This document shows positions 1-10,021 of a stretch of 52,559 nt of DNA, piece by piece. The notes below the pieces were generated by a model. That model searched no databases and was not told the DNA's origin. It saw only the letters and a program-made list of their open reading frames with translations. The stretch is from a virus: the IMG/VR virus record IMGVR_UViG_3300023099_000002, positions 1-52,559 of that record. One strand, written 5' to 3'. The translations under genes and the position numbers were made by a program. Each line of letters begins with the position of its first letter. Position 1 is the first letter of the stretch.

Positions 1-127
1 TATAGACGCAGTGAACACTTTGCCGGGGGTGTCTATAAGCCATATACCTGATATTGAAACACCAACATTCCCGGCCTCCCCTGCTACTGTAGTAGATAGT
101 TGGGCTATCCTAATGCTTGAAGATACA
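1..127. repeat. terminal direct repeat copy 1 (identical to 52433..52559)
   Basis: Base-by-base identity over 127 nt. Confidence 0.95.
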
Positions 128-1669
128 GGGTGTGGTAGGGAACACCCCGCACCGCTGATACGTGATTACATTGACAATGTATGTACTAAATGCGGTGTGC
201 GTATTGACGCTACGACAGCAGATATATTCTATGCTCCATTTCTTACTATAACACACAGTGACGGATTGCTACATACAGATCCTAACCCTTTCTACAATGC
301 CTGCTATTTATTCCCACAGGTCAAAAGGGGAGTCCGGCGATTCAGAAATATAGACTTATTCATAGGTAATAGCAACCCGGATAACACAACATACTATCAG
401 CCCGAAAACGCACCGTTGTTGTCATTGGATATGTTTCTTGATGAGTTGGGACTTATATATAACACACGCTGGAAAGTTAAAACAGACGTTACAGGCACAC
501 CATATCTGTACATTAAGCGCAAAGATTGGTTTGAGAATGAGCCTCCCATATATGATTTCAGCTATGGCGGCACCGACAGATATAAGATAGTTGAGGGTAT
601 ATGCTATGAGCCACAAGAGTATACTGTACCTGCATCATGCGGAGTATTGTACAGTGATGATCCCGCCGATAAATGCGGTGTTGAGGCTGACGGATTCTAT
701 AATGGCACACAGAATGTTAGTTTCAATAACACCCTGATTAATCCATTATTTACCGGTATACTCGAAAAGAATAGCGGGTTCGGAGCTACGCACTTTAATT
801 GTGATGGATCGAGTACTAACTATATATACGATGCCTTTCAAATTGTAAGAGGTTCTCCTACCGATGTGGTTACTTTCTTTATCACTGCCCAACTCGGCAC
901 ATACATTGAGCGTTATACCAATTACAAAATACTCATGCAGACGGATACCTGCACGCTCCCTAAGATAATAATATGGGACGGAGATACCGCTAATCCCGGC
1001 AACCCAAACTACCTGAATGCTACAGCGGTAAGGGATAAGATAAACATAGCAGGCAGCGTTTTCGTTATTGGGCATAGCGGCTGGCCGGGGACGGTTCCGG
1101 GGATCAGCATCCCCGAAGTAAACCCCTTGTACCCTACGCTTGTTCCGGCTGACAGTGTGGTATTGCCAACACTTGCAGTGCCATCGGGAACGCCTCGCCC
1201 TGTGCCTTGGTCTGGACCGGATATATTAGCAGATGATATTTTTAACCATCAGCCTAATACTAATGTTATAGGAACCTCAGGTCCAATACCTGAAGGGGTA
1301 TACGCAGTGATAGGATTATCCGGCACCTTAGAAAACCCGGCAGCGGCGATACTGGTTAATTATCCTATGTATTTTGAGCCCCATTACAAGGGTACGCTAT
1401 GGGATTTATTTCATTGGATTGATGATCCATATAAAAACCCTAAATTGCACAAAACTTTCAGGCTCAAAATACCACTATGCTGTGATGATGTTACAAGGCT
1501 TAACCTTACAAATAATGTTAACGGACAAGCACTATTAGGGTCTATACTTTTGGATACTACATTCTATAATAAAGCAGTTATAACAAGCATTAAGGTAGGG
1601 TACGATACAGGGGAAAGCGATACAGAGCAGGGAACAGGGCAATATATTGAGCTTAAAGGAATAGTATAA
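1..1669 (+). CDS. C-terminal part of an ~806-aa virion/tail-region protein that starts at 51681 and crosses the circular junction
   Basis: Frame is open from the window edge (phase fixed by the 127-nt end overlap) to TAA 1667-1669. The track's GTG at 11 is internal. No family recognised. Confidence 0.7.
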   Translation, partial: IDAVNTLPGVSISHIPDIETPTFPASPATVVDSWAILMLEDTGCGREHPAPLIRDYIDNVCTKCGVRIDATTADIFYAPFLTITHSDGLLHTDPNPFYNACYLFPQVKRGVRRFRNIDLFIGNSNPDNTTYYQPENAPLLSLDMFLDELGLIYNTRWKVKTDVTGTPYLYIKRKDWFENEPPIYDFSYGGTDRYKIVEGICYEPQEYTVPASCGVLYSDDPADKCGVEADGFYNGTQNVSFNNTLINPLFTGILEKNSGFGATHFNCDGSSTNYIYDAFQIVRGSPTDVVTFFITAQLGTYIERYTNYKILMQTDTCTLPKIIIWDGDTANPGNPNYLNATAVRDKINIAGSVFVIGHSGWPGTVPGISIPEVNPLYPTLVPADSVVLPTLAVPSGTPRPVPWSGPDILADDIFNHQPNTNVIGTSGPIPEGVYAVIGLSGTLENPAAAILVNYPMYFEPHYKGTLWDLFHWIDDPYKNPKLHKTFRLKIPLCCDDVTRLNLTNNVNGQALLGSILLDTTFYNKAVITSIKVGYDTGESDTEQGTGQYIELKGIV

Positions 1670-1671
1670 CT

Positions 1672-3321
1672 ATGGTATTTGTAGACAACATTCAGCAATT
1701 AGAATATTACAGCCCAAATCCGCAATTCGGCTGTTATTCAGATCCTGTATTCCAGCCAAGTGATATACTATTACAAGCTAATGGCTTCAATGCTGATACA
1801 TACGGGATAGTTATTTATGTCTGCGATACTTCAGGGGCAGTACTTGAAGATGCTACCTCTTACTTTGATACATTCCTCGGACAGTTCGTCATAGCAGGTA
1901 ATACCTACAGCTATGTTAATATCAGGTGTAATACCTACAGCCCATTCATGCTCAGTAACAAATGCTTTGTGCTGCTGGTGCAGATTACAGACCCGTCAAC
2001 AGGTGAATTTTTATTTTCAAAGTATACTCAAAAGTATATAATTGCAAATTCAGGTTTAGTATATGCAGATAATGTTACAATGGATGATAGCCCATTACAG
2101 AACTGTGTAGTAGGCGCAAATGTTATAACCTGTGATACTAACTATGTGAAAATAGGGTGCAGTTTCAACTGCATAGATACTTATTCTGGTGACTACTATG
2201 GACCTGTTACAGCAATAGTGGGTGAAGGTGCGTATCCATTTGTATTCACCCGTTTTTCTTACATAGAGGGCAGATTTAGGGAAGTACCTAAGGAAATAAA
2301 GCGTGTAATATCTATTAATTGCAGGACACAGAAAACAGAAACAACCCCACAATATTTGCTTACTGGCGGCACTACATTCCCTGTATGGAAGATGCTTGAA
2401 TTAGAGCATATGCTTCTGGCAGATCATATTTACATAGACGGCAATGAATATCAGACACAGGGGGGGACACCATTTGAGCAATTCGGCAGGCCGTTTAACT
2501 GCCAATACAGATATAAGTTTACGCTTCAAATGCAGGGATGTTTCCAGTTCCAAACTTTTGGATGCAAGCCTAACTGTGATGATCTCGCAACCTACTATGC
2601 GTTCCCCCGTCCATTCAATAAATTGTATGACGATAGCCAGCGGCTGATAGCTACAGACAGCACAGAACTTGCTATATATTTCCAGTCACAACCGGGCTAT
2701 AAGTCAGTGCAGAACTTGCCATTTATATTGCCATGCCCTGTAAATACACTCATGGTTGTGCAATCTTCCGGAGTACTGCCTAAATTTATATACGTAGACA
2801 ATGTAGCAGCTTCATCACGAATTTTCCCAAAGCAACTACCAGTAAATACGCTTGATTTCACACCTCTTTGCAATGGTGTAAATTATGGTAATCAGGTGCC
2901 GGTGCCAGAGGTAGAAGGGTATGTATCTGAATCTGTGATTGTGCCTGTACCTGAAGTAACAGGATATGTAAGTCAGGATGCGAATAAGTATATATTATCC
3001 ATAATCCCGGCAGGATTAGGATGGGATGTTAATACCCATGTAACAAGTGCAGTAAATTACATGGGTGAAGTCATGCTGAATGTATCTGTAGGTACAGCTA
3101 CAAGGGTACCACCTTATGTAAATGAAACGCTTGGTATAATTAGCCAGCAAGGCATCCCGACATCTAAGGTGATAATATACGGCGATGATAATCCTAACCT
3201 AATGCCAGGATCAATGCTTGAAATAGGCACAGATGGGGCTATAGTATACACAGGTGACTATACTGATGGGATAGACCCTGATTATAAGATTGAATTTTTC
3301 GGAGTAAAATATAAAATATAA
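1672..3321 (+). CDS. virion/tail-region structural protein (unassigned)
   Basis: 549-aa ORF with ATG 3 nt after the previous stop. Internal near-duplicate VPVPEV(E/T)GYVS (nt ~2896-2973). Confidence 0.65.
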   Translation: MVFVDNIQQLEYYSPNPQFGCYSDPVFQPSDILLQANGFNADTYGIVIYVCDTSGAVLEDATSYFDTFLGQFVIAGNTYSYVNIRCNTYSPFMLSNKCFVLLVQITDPSTGEFLFSKYTQKYIIANSGLVYADNVTMDDSPLQNCVVGANVITCDTNYVKIGCSFNCIDTYSGDYYGPVTAIVGEGAYPFVFTRFSYIEGRFREVPKEIKRVISINCRTQKTETTPQYLLTGGTTFPVWKMLELEHMLLADHIYIDGNEYQTQGGTPFEQFGRPFNCQYRYKFTLQMQGCFQFQTFGCKPNCDDLATYYAFPRPFNKLYDDSQRLIATDSTELAIYFQSQPGYKSVQNLPFILPCPVNTLMVVQSSGVLPKFIYVDNVAASSRIFPKQLPVNTLDFTPLCNGVNYGNQVPVPEVEGYVSESVIVPVPEVTGYVSQDANKYILSIIPAGLGWDVNTHVTSAVNYMGEVMLNVSVGTATRVPPYVNETLGIISQQGIPTSKVIIYGDDNPNLMPGSMLEIGTDGAIVYTGDYTDGIDPDYKIEFFGVKYKI

Positions 3322-3632
3322 TGGCACAAAGAATACTTTTATTCGTACCAAGCGATGACGAACCTGTAAGCATGTCACCATTGACATACATAGATACGCT
3401 ATACTACGAATTGCAGTACCGGATAGTTGGAACTACCGGTTGGACACCGCATATAGAGTATAGCCCATTGCCATTATATACAAGCGTAAGCCCTGCGGGT
3501 GAAATACCGTATATCAGCATACCTCTATTGCCAGATAATACGGATTTTGAATACCAGTTGCGCCGATTCAATAGCGATAATCAGCCATCTGATTGGTTTA
3601 CAGGTACATTTACAACCGGCGTATCAGCATGA
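3321..3632 (+). CDS. small structural-module protein, fibronectin-III-like pattern (tentative)
   Basis: TAATG overlap with the upstream gene. Contains YELQYR..W and YEYQLRR...S.W strand-like motifs. Confidence 0.55.
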   Translation: MAQRILLFVPSDDEPVSMSPLTYIDTLYYELQYRIVGTTGWTPHIEYSPLPLYTSVSPAGEIPYISIPLLPDNTDFEYQLRRFNSDNQPSDWFTGTFTTGVSA

Positions 3633-4435
3633 TAACAATAGGCAGCCCATTAGGTGCAACATTTACGGTAGAGATTAAGAACCAGTACGGTGATACTGTA
3701 TATGGCCCTGTTTCACAGACTAATGCCCCATTTGATCCGGGGATAACTGATTCAGGAGATTATACCATGACTGTTAATAACAATGGTGCTATTAATGGGT
3801 GGTGCTTCAGTGTGGATGATACATGTGCGTGCCCTGTGTTTAACTCCGCAGAGATAGTAGTTACACCGGCAGGATTATACTATGCAGATATTAGTTTTGA
3901 TATGTCAGGTGGTTTCCTGTGCCCATTTTTAATTAATGCTTATAACGGTTTCGGCTCTCCAACTATAAACATAAACAGCCTTGCTGATTTCACAAGTCAC
4001 ACGGGCGATATATATACTAAGCGGATCCAGTTTTTACCATCACCTGATTTCTTTTATGAGGTAAGGCTTACCGATAATACTTTTTGCAGGAGCGAAACTA
4101 TACATTATAATTGTGATGGTCCACACCTGCAAACCGGATTGCTTGAGCAATTCCCTGCAAACTCTGGTAATTACAGGATAGCATTAACATTTAACCATTG
4201 CGGCGATACTTGCCACACAGTAACTGTAAATTACTTACAGTTAGCCCCCATAGGCGGCACGTTAGATGCAGGATCATTAGTACAAACTATTTCATGTCCT
4301 GCACCATATACGTTTTATATACCCGTAACACCTGCCAATACAGCACCTGGCGCTACGTTATCTTATAAGATAACCACCACTGACTGTTGTGGCACAAGGG
4401 ATCGCGTTACAGCATTTTATCAAATACCTAACTAA
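3629..4435 (+). CDS. structural-module protein, Cys-rich (unassigned)
   Basis: ATGA overlap with the previous stop (ATG 3629). The track start at 3593 lies inside the upstream gene. Confidence 0.6.
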   Translation: MITIGSPLGATFTVEIKNQYGDTVYGPVSQTNAPFDPGITDSGDYTMTVNNNGAINGWCFSVDDTCACPVFNSAEIVVTPAGLYYADISFDMSGGFLCPFLINAYNGFGSPTININSLADFTSHTGDIYTKRIQFLPSPDFFYEVRLTDNTFCRSETIHYNCDGPHLQTGLLEQFPANSGNYRIALTFNHCGDTCHTVTVNYLQLAPIGGTLDAGSLVQTISCPAPYTFYIPVTPANTAPGATLSYKITTTDCCGTRDRVTAFYQIPN

Positions 4436-4468
4436 TTATTTTTCTTTGCGCCATAATATAAAAAACAT

Positions 4469-4476
4469 TACTTTTA
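4469..4476 (+). promoter_or_regulatory. -7-like box TACTTTTA (A-variant)
   Basis: Lies in the gap upstream of ATG 4530. Extended sequence TTTACA. Confidence 0.35.
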
Positions 4477-4529
4477 CATTCATAATCCACCGGACATGGA
4501 TAATTTAAAACTACTAAAATTCATTTAAA

Positions 4530-5153
4530 ATGGCTACTGTAGCTCCATGTCCAACCAATTGCGCCAATCCTGATCTTTTGGCCTTACCAGCACAAAACTG
4601 CTTCACCGATTTTCGGAGAACCACACCAAGCAGGTTATTTATGCTTAACTGCGATGTCGTAGTCCCAACAGGTAGCCCATCTGTTGTAGGCGCAGCGGTT
4701 GCCGCGCTTTTTGAGGCCGGCCAGATAGTGTCCACCATGCCGCTTGCAAACCTTGTGTTTGAAGATCCGACATATGAAGAGTTGCAGTTGGATGATTGCA
4801 GCCCTGCTACTTCATTACTCGCTACCCGTGCCATGACTTTTGAGGATCGCTATGCCATAGACATCAGCAATCAGTCGCCTTTTGTTCTGAACAGCTACTA
4901 TGACTATGATCTGTGGGCTAATAAAATAGCCAACCAAAAGAACATACGCTACCATCTGGCATACTGTAATGGTGATGTAAAAGAGATACAGTTCGTAGCG
5001 TCTATTCGTGGATTTATAGACTACCTGAAAGCGCAGACCGCAGGCGGTAAATCAACAGAGACTAAAAAGATACGTCTGTTGTTTAATGGCGATCCTATAG
5101 GATTCGAGACAAAGCCTACATACAATTACATTACCTCAGGTATAGTACTCTAA
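4530..5153 (+). CDS. virion-module protein (unassigned)
   Basis: 207-aa ORF preceded by a 94-nt gap carrying a TACTTTTA -7-like box. Confidence 0.6.
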   Translation: MATVAPCPTNCANPDLLALPAQNCFTDFRRTTPSRLFMLNCDVVVPTGSPSVVGAAVAALFEAGQIVSTMPLANLVFEDPTYEELQLDDCSPATSLLATRAMTFEDRYAIDISNQSPFVLNSYYDYDLWANKIANQKNIRYHLAYCNGDVKEIQFVASIRGFIDYLKAQTAGGKSTETKKIRLLFNGDPIGFETKPTYNYITSGIVL

Positions 5154-5162
5154 TAAACACAT

Positions 5163-6971
5163 ATGCTGACACTACCCCGTGCCATTGAAATGCTCAACGG
5201 TATCAACTATAGTTGTTTACCAGCCATAGCAAAATGGCAAGAAATATACTACCGTACTTCAATACATACAACAGGGGTATGCCCCCGGTTCTATCCATTG
5301 AGGGACGGTGGTGTATTGGGGGATAGCTATATTGAGCCTACTGGATGGTTAGGTGCAAGAGATGGCGGATGGGGTGAGCGGTACGACTATATTTTTGACA
5401 CATTCCTGCTTAACAAGCACGCGCGTGAGCCTGAGGTTACAAGACAGTGGCGCAAGTCTGTTTACAGGCCGTACCAGATGGATCCATTACTTGAATGTAT
5501 AGGTGCCACATCTGCATGTATTTTTGGCGATAGTAAGTATACCCTAATAATTGAAGACAAAGACGACAGCGATTATATCAATGGAAACAACTTCGATGGT
5601 AAAACATTCATTGGCTATTTCCAGTGGATGTTTAAGGCGATATGTGAAGACCCGAACAGTATTTTTGTTGTCGTGCCGAAAGAGGCGGGTTATGCGACCA
5701 CTACGAAGAAGGTAGAGCCGCAGATAATACACATACCCAGCCGATATATTTACTACATAAGCGATACTGAAATTATTTACTACCAACCATACACTAATTA
5801 TGCGTGGCTGGTTAACGAGTTGGGTTATTTCCGGTTTGAAAAGCAGAATGACAAATGGTTCCCGATGGATGCCAATATAGGGTATTATGCTCACTTACTG
5901 ACGTATAAGCCCGCTCACTTTGCTGGTGGCATATGGAACACCCATAAATACTACGATAGCTATTTAAAGCCAGCACAGGCCTATTGTGACGACTTTGTTT
6001 CTGCGCACAGCGATGTACAGATGATTAACAAAGAAGCCTCACATCCATTCATACAGGCAGCAAGCAGCGATTGTCCTGCATGTAATGGATTAAGGCAAGA
6101 CAGACGGTGTACTACATGCGGAGGTAGCGATACATCATGTAGTTGTGATACCATAGATAATATACATCTCGTAGACTGCACAACATGTCGTGGATCTGGT
6201 AAGCAGACATATAACCCTGCTGATTGGATGATTGTGCCGCCCGACCAAATGGGTAACGACTTGATAAAGGTTGTGGAGTTCAATGTTTCTACAAATGAGT
6301 ATTTAGATAAGCATGCCGAGACTATCCTACTGGGCATAAAGAAGTCACTGCATCAGCACTATGTTGAAGAGGCGCAAAGTGGAGTAGCAAAAGAGATAGA
6401 CAGGAGTGGGCAATACTTGTTCCGTAGCATGGTGTGTGATGGTGTTTGGTCATTGATTGAGAAATGCCTTATAGACGTGTTAAGCATCCGTAATACTTCC
6501 GTAAGTAATGGTATACGCAAGCCTGAGCCGCCTAAATACATCTTGGTCAAGCCTACAGATTTTGACCTTAAAACAGAAAATGATCTGCTCGATGAATATA
6601 AAAATTCAACAGAGGCTAAAACACCTGAATGGGTGCGGCAAAAGCAGGTGGAGCAGTATGTCGATAAGATTTTTGGCGGTGACGATGCAATGAAACGCAA
6701 GGCAGCCCTGATTAATGAAATGGATGCATTCAGTGTAACCAGCATTACAGATAAGACCGCATTATTAGCTGCCAGCGGAATAAGCCCGAAAGATTTCCAA
6801 TTCAGTAATGTACTTCCTAAAATTTTGGATAAAATATTACGTGAAAGGGGTAAGCAATGGTTTGTAACGGCTGATTACGACCTTATAGAGACAGAAGTTA
6901 ATGCTATATTTGCAGCAATGCCGCCGCTCGAAATGCCGGTAGAAACAACAGAAGTAAAAGTAAATGCCTAA
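5163..6971 (+). CDS. putative portal protein (by position) with an internal DnaJ-type CxxCxGxG zinc-finger cluster
   Basis: 602 aa, located upstream of the scaffold-like and capsid-like genes. Carries CPACNG, CTTCGG and CTTCRGSG motifs at nt 6072-6203. The portal call rests on size and synteny only. Confidence 0.45.
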   Translation: MLTLPRAIEMLNGINYSCLPAIAKWQEIYYRTSIHTTGVCPRFYPLRDGGVLGDSYIEPTGWLGARDGGWGERYDYIFDTFLLNKHAREPEVTRQWRKSVYRPYQMDPLLECIGATSACIFGDSKYTLIIEDKDDSDYINGNNFDGKTFIGYFQWMFKAICEDPNSIFVVVPKEAGYATTTKKVEPQIIHIPSRYIYYISDTEIIYYQPYTNYAWLVNELGYFRFEKQNDKWFPMDANIGYYAHLLTYKPAHFAGGIWNTHKYYDSYLKPAQAYCDDFVSAHSDVQMINKEASHPFIQAASSDCPACNGLRQDRRCTTCGGSDTSCSCDTIDNIHLVDCTTCRGSGKQTYNPADWMIVPPDQMGNDLIKVVEFNVSTNEYLDKHAETILLGIKKSLHQHYVEEAQSGVAKEIDRSGQYLFRSMVCDGVWSLIEKCLIDVLSIRNTSVSNGIRKPEPPKYILVKPTDFDLKTENDLLDEYKNSTEAKTPEWVRQKQVEQYVDKIFGGDDAMKRKAALINEMDAFSVTSITDKTALLAASGISPKDFQFSNVLPKILDKILRERGKQWFVTADYDLIETEVNAIFAAMPPLEMPVETTEVKVNA

Positions 6972-6991
6972 CCAATTTAAAACTATACGTT

Positions 6992-7324
6992 ATGAATGCG
7001 AAAGACAAAAAAATAATCGAGGATAATCCTAACGCTACGCCTCATGAACTGCTAACAAAACACGGCCTGAGTGAAAAAGGTTTTGATGAACATGTATCGG
7101 CACAGGATGCAAAAGCTATGGCAGTATCTAATGCCAGTAAACCTAAGCTGATACCATCAGCAATACTACAACCATTGCAGCCTGATACTACACAATACCT
7201 TAACCATGCAGAAGAAGGTAAAGTTAGGATAGTCCCAAAATCTGGCGGCATGGGTACAGAAGTAAGCGCAGCCGTAGCGGCTAAAATGCTGGCTAAAAAT
7301 CCAAAACAATATAAACTCGGATAA
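6992..7324 (+). CDS. hypothetical head-module protein
   Basis: 110-aa ORF in the co-oriented operon. The antisense ORFs here were rejected. Confidence 0.6.
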   Translation: MNAKDKKIIEDNPNATPHELLTKHGLSEKGFDEHVSAQDAKAMAVSNASKPKLIPSAILQPLQPDTTQYLNHAEEGKVRIVPKSGGMGTEVSAAVAAKMLAKNPKQYKLG

Positions 7325-7325
7325 C

Positions 7326-7544
7326 ATGGCAACTAAAGATCCAATCAAGTCGCTAAAGCCGGTATTATCTCCGCAGCATATACCCATATCAGTGGTTGAA
7401 GTAGAAACAGGGGAGATAATAGTATGCCGGACTGATGCGACCGGCGAAGAAATACAAGGCTCTGAGTTCACTACCACACAAGCAATGTGGGATAAGTCAT
7501 GGAGCAAATCAACAGTGCATACCTTCAAAATAAAAAAAAAATAA
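7326..7544 (+). CDS. hypothetical small head-module protein
   Basis: 72-aa ORF with ATG 2 nt after the previous stop. Ends in an A10 run. Confidence 0.55.
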   Translation: MATKDPIKSLKPVLSPQHIPISVVEVETGEIIVCRTDATGEEIQGSEFTTTQAMWDKSWSKSTVHTFKIKKK

Positions 7545-7550
7545 CCGTTT

Positions 7551-8402
7551 ATGAAACTAACCAACCAAAACGCATTAGACCTGCTCAAAACATTAGGAAT
7601 ACAGGATGTGGAACTTGTGGCAGATGATGCCGCAAGTGACTATTCACAGGATGCCGCAATACAGCTTGTAGATGCGGCTCGAACACCTATTATATCTCAA
7701 AAGATACTTACCGAAGAAACAGGCAAGATACATGGCGAAGTAGCTGGGAAGATAAATAATGCAATACGTAATCAGCTGCATAAGCTAACCGGCGTGTCAA
7801 AATCAGATATAGAAGGTAAAAACAGTGACGAGGCTATGCAGTTGGCATTCGCTCATTGGGCGAAAACTACCGGCGGCGATAAAGAAGCATTTGCGGCGCA
7901 GCTTAACGAGGTAATGGCCTCAAAAGATGCCACTCTAACGCAGAAAGAAAAAGAATGGGCTGATAAGTACGGTGCACTTGAAAGCAAGTATACCCGTAAA
8001 GAAATCATGGACGGGCTTAATGGTATATATGCTACCGCAAAGGGAATCAAGCCTACGGCAAATAAAGCACTTTTAGCCGGAGACTTCCTTACATCCCTGG
8101 AAAGTGAGGCGATAGTTAAATACAACTCTGAGAGCAAAGAATTCGAACTTTATGACAAAACAAATCCTGCAATTCGCCTTTTGGATAAGTCAAAAAACGG
8201 CTTTGCCAAAGTGGAAGACCGCATTAAAGAATATCATTCGGCTCGTGATCAGTGGCATGAAGATGCAAGGCAGGAAAACGCCGTAGAGAAAATGAATACG
8301 CCTAAGGCTACAGATAATTACATAGAGAAGGATGGTAAAATTTCAAGCCCACTCAATCAACAGATGGACGTACTAAGCGCATGGGCTGCACAGCCTGCAT
8401 AA
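7551..8402 (+). CDS. putative scaffolding protein
   Basis: 283 aa, acidic, Lys/Glu/Ala-rich and helical-looking, immediately upstream of the capsid-like gene. Followed by a terminator. Confidence 0.45.
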   Translation: MKLTNQNALDLLKTLGIQDVELVADDAASDYSQDAAIQLVDAARTPIISQKILTEETGKIHGEVAGKINNAIRNQLHKLTGVSKSDIEGKNSDEAMQLAFAHWAKTTGGDKEAFAAQLNEVMASKDATLTQKEKEWADKYGALESKYTRKEIMDGLNGIYATAKGIKPTANKALLAGDFLTSLESEAIVKYNSESKEFELYDKTNPAIRLLDKSKNGFAKVEDRIKEYHSARDQWHEDARQENAVEKMNTPKATDNYIEKDGKISSPLNQQMDVLSAWAAQPA

Positions 8403-8427
8403 TGGTTAGTGTAAGTATAGGGTGAGG

Positions 8428-8455
8428 GGTGCGGTTAATTCCGCACCTTTTTTAT
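8428..8455 (+). terminator. intrinsic terminator after the scaffold-like gene
   Basis: GGTGCGG-TTAATT-CCGCACC followed by TTTTTTATTTTT. Confidence 0.75.
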
Positions 8456-8483
8456 TTTTATTTGGTATTATAAAAACAATTCG

Positions 8484-8491
8484 TATTTTTA
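8484..8491 (+). promoter_or_regulatory. -7-like box TATTTTTA, extended TTTACACCA (capsid unit)
   Basis: Lies just after the terminator. About 100-nt leader to ATG 8599. Confidence 0.45.
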
Positions 8492-8495
8492 CACC

Positions 8496-8558
8496 ATACA
8501 GGTACGCACACCTAACCCTAAAGTGCATTTATACAGGCTTCCTCGCCTAACCCAAAAG
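8496..8558 (+). repeat. two copies (period 35 nt) of ATACAGG-N8-CCTAACCC-N-AAAG in the capsid-gene leader
   Basis: Copies at 8496-8523 and 8531-8558. Confidence 0.7.
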
Positions 8559-8598
8559 AAGGTGAAACTAATATTTTCACTTTTAATCTTTAACATAA

Positions 8599-9969
8599 AT
8601 GTCATTTGTAAATGCAGGGCGTGAGATACAACGCTTCATAATCGACAAAAAGTACAACACGCCAACGCAGGAAATCATCATGGCGGTAATGGATGCGCGT
8701 AGGTTTAACTCAACAATCGTTGATACAGATGGTGAAAGCTCTGACTTCACATACGGACCCGGTAAACTGCGTGAGCTGAAAATCAGTTACTACCCAATCC
8801 GCTGCGATGTGGTAGCAGATAGCCGCCCCGCCAACTTATGCGTTGATGGTGTAGCCGCAGAGCCTAAACAGGAGCGTTTTGCGATCCGTGAAAACATATC
8901 AACAAGGCCGCAGAAGCTATATGTTAATGACCTGCGTCTTGTAGATGCCAACTATAACATCAGCCAGCACGCTAAAGCGCAGATAAATGCATCATTGGGC
9001 GCACTGGAAAAGCAGCTTGCCATTGATATTACATCTAAGATAGTAGCGCATAAGGGGCTGCATCTGGATGGTACTGAATACGGCAACAGGGTTACAATGA
9101 GCCAGACCACAAACGGCCTGCTTACCCCTATAGGGCTTTGGACAATACAGAAAGAGCAGAATGATGCAGCGTTTACCAATACATTCATAGTAGGTAGCAC
9201 GGAAGTATGGAACTGGCGCAAGGCTTATGGCATTGCATCAGAAAATACAACACTCGGTCAGGACTTCTCTAAGCTGGGCGTTCCGCATCTGTACTATGAC
9301 ATTAACCTTAACTCAGTTATGGGAGTTGTTGCAGGTCAGGCAGAATACATACTTACATTTGATCCTGAGGCTCTGAAGTTCGTAACATTCAGCCGTAATG
9401 CTGGTATGTTCGCTACCGATCTGAAAAGCGTGGAAGACTTCGACCGTGGCTTTAAGTCTGGCGGCCTGTACTCTATCCGTGGTACATTCACATCACCTCG
9501 CTATGGTCTTACCTTCGATTTCTATGCGAAGTTTAACGACTGCGATGGCGAAGATGGATCATGGTCATGGTTCCTGTCTCTGGACTGGGATATAGTATTC
9601 CCAACAATACAGGCATGTAACATACAGGGTGTTAATGGTATCATGCTTTATAAAACATGCCCTGTGGTTATACCAGACTGCCCAACAGGTACTACACCAT
9701 CCCCTGCCGCAGTTTCACGCAACTTTAACTGGGTTCCAAACCCTGCGATATTTACACCGGCATTGCTTATTGGCGACATGACCATAGGCGGTAATAACAC
9801 GCAGCCTAATGTTCTGGTCAATAACATTACTGAACTCGTAGCGGCTATGAATGAGAATTATCTCGGTCAGGCAACATTTACAGTAGCTGGTGCGGCAGTT
9901 CGCTATAATGGATATTCTGCCCTTACAGGTGAGATCAACAATGGTGCAATAACCATTACTTTCGCTTAA
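8599..9969 (+). CDS. putative major capsid protein
   Basis: 456-aa ORF with its own promoter-like box and long leader, bracketed by two strong intrinsic terminators (a high-expression unit). Follows the scaffold-like gene. Confidence 0.55.
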   Translation: MSFVNAGREIQRFIIDKKYNTPTQEIIMAVMDARRFNSTIVDTDGESSDFTYGPGKLRELKISYYPIRCDVVADSRPANLCVDGVAAEPKQERFAIRENISTRPQKLYVNDLRLVDANYNISQHAKAQINASLGALEKQLAIDITSKIVAHKGLHLDGTEYGNRVTMSQTTNGLLTPIGLWTIQKEQNDAAFTNTFIVGSTEVWNWRKAYGIASENTTLGQDFSKLGVPHLYYDINLNSVMGVVAGQAEYILTFDPEALKFVTFSRNAGMFATDLKSVEDFDRGFKSGGLYSIRGTFTSPRYGLTFDFYAKFNDCDGEDGSWSWFLSLDWDIVFPTIQACNIQGVNGIMLYKTCPVVIPDCPTGTTPSPAAVSRNFNWVPNPAIFTPALLIGDMTIGGNNTQPNVLVNNITELVAAMNENYLGQATFTVAGAAVRYNGYSALTGEINNGAITITFA

Positions 9970-9984
9970 TAATGACTAACTCAG

Positions 9985-10020
9985 GCGGGGTATGGGGTAT
10001 CCTATACCCCGCTTTTTTAT
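9985..10020 (+). terminator. intrinsic terminator after the capsid-like gene
   Basis: 12-bp stem GCGGGGTATGGG/CCTATACCCCGC (one G-U pair), GTAT loop, then TTTTTT. Confidence 0.85.
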
Positions 10021-10021
10021 T

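Noticed and set aside
7532-7541. An A10 homopolymer at the 3' end of the 72-aa gene, as a possible transcriptional-slippage or frameshift site. That gene is in the same frame as the scaffold gene, separated by TAA.
   Set aside because: Shifted frames give only 4-aa or ~28-aa extensions that do not join the scaffold ORF. A readthrough fusion is possible in principle but has no supporting context.
9992-10021. Track start codons lying inside terminator hairpins (9992 for the post-capsid gene, 44419 for the NUMOD4 HNH)
   Set aside because: Both extensions translate the stem-loop and T-run of strong terminators. Downstream ATGs (10022 and 44476) give sensible N-termini.
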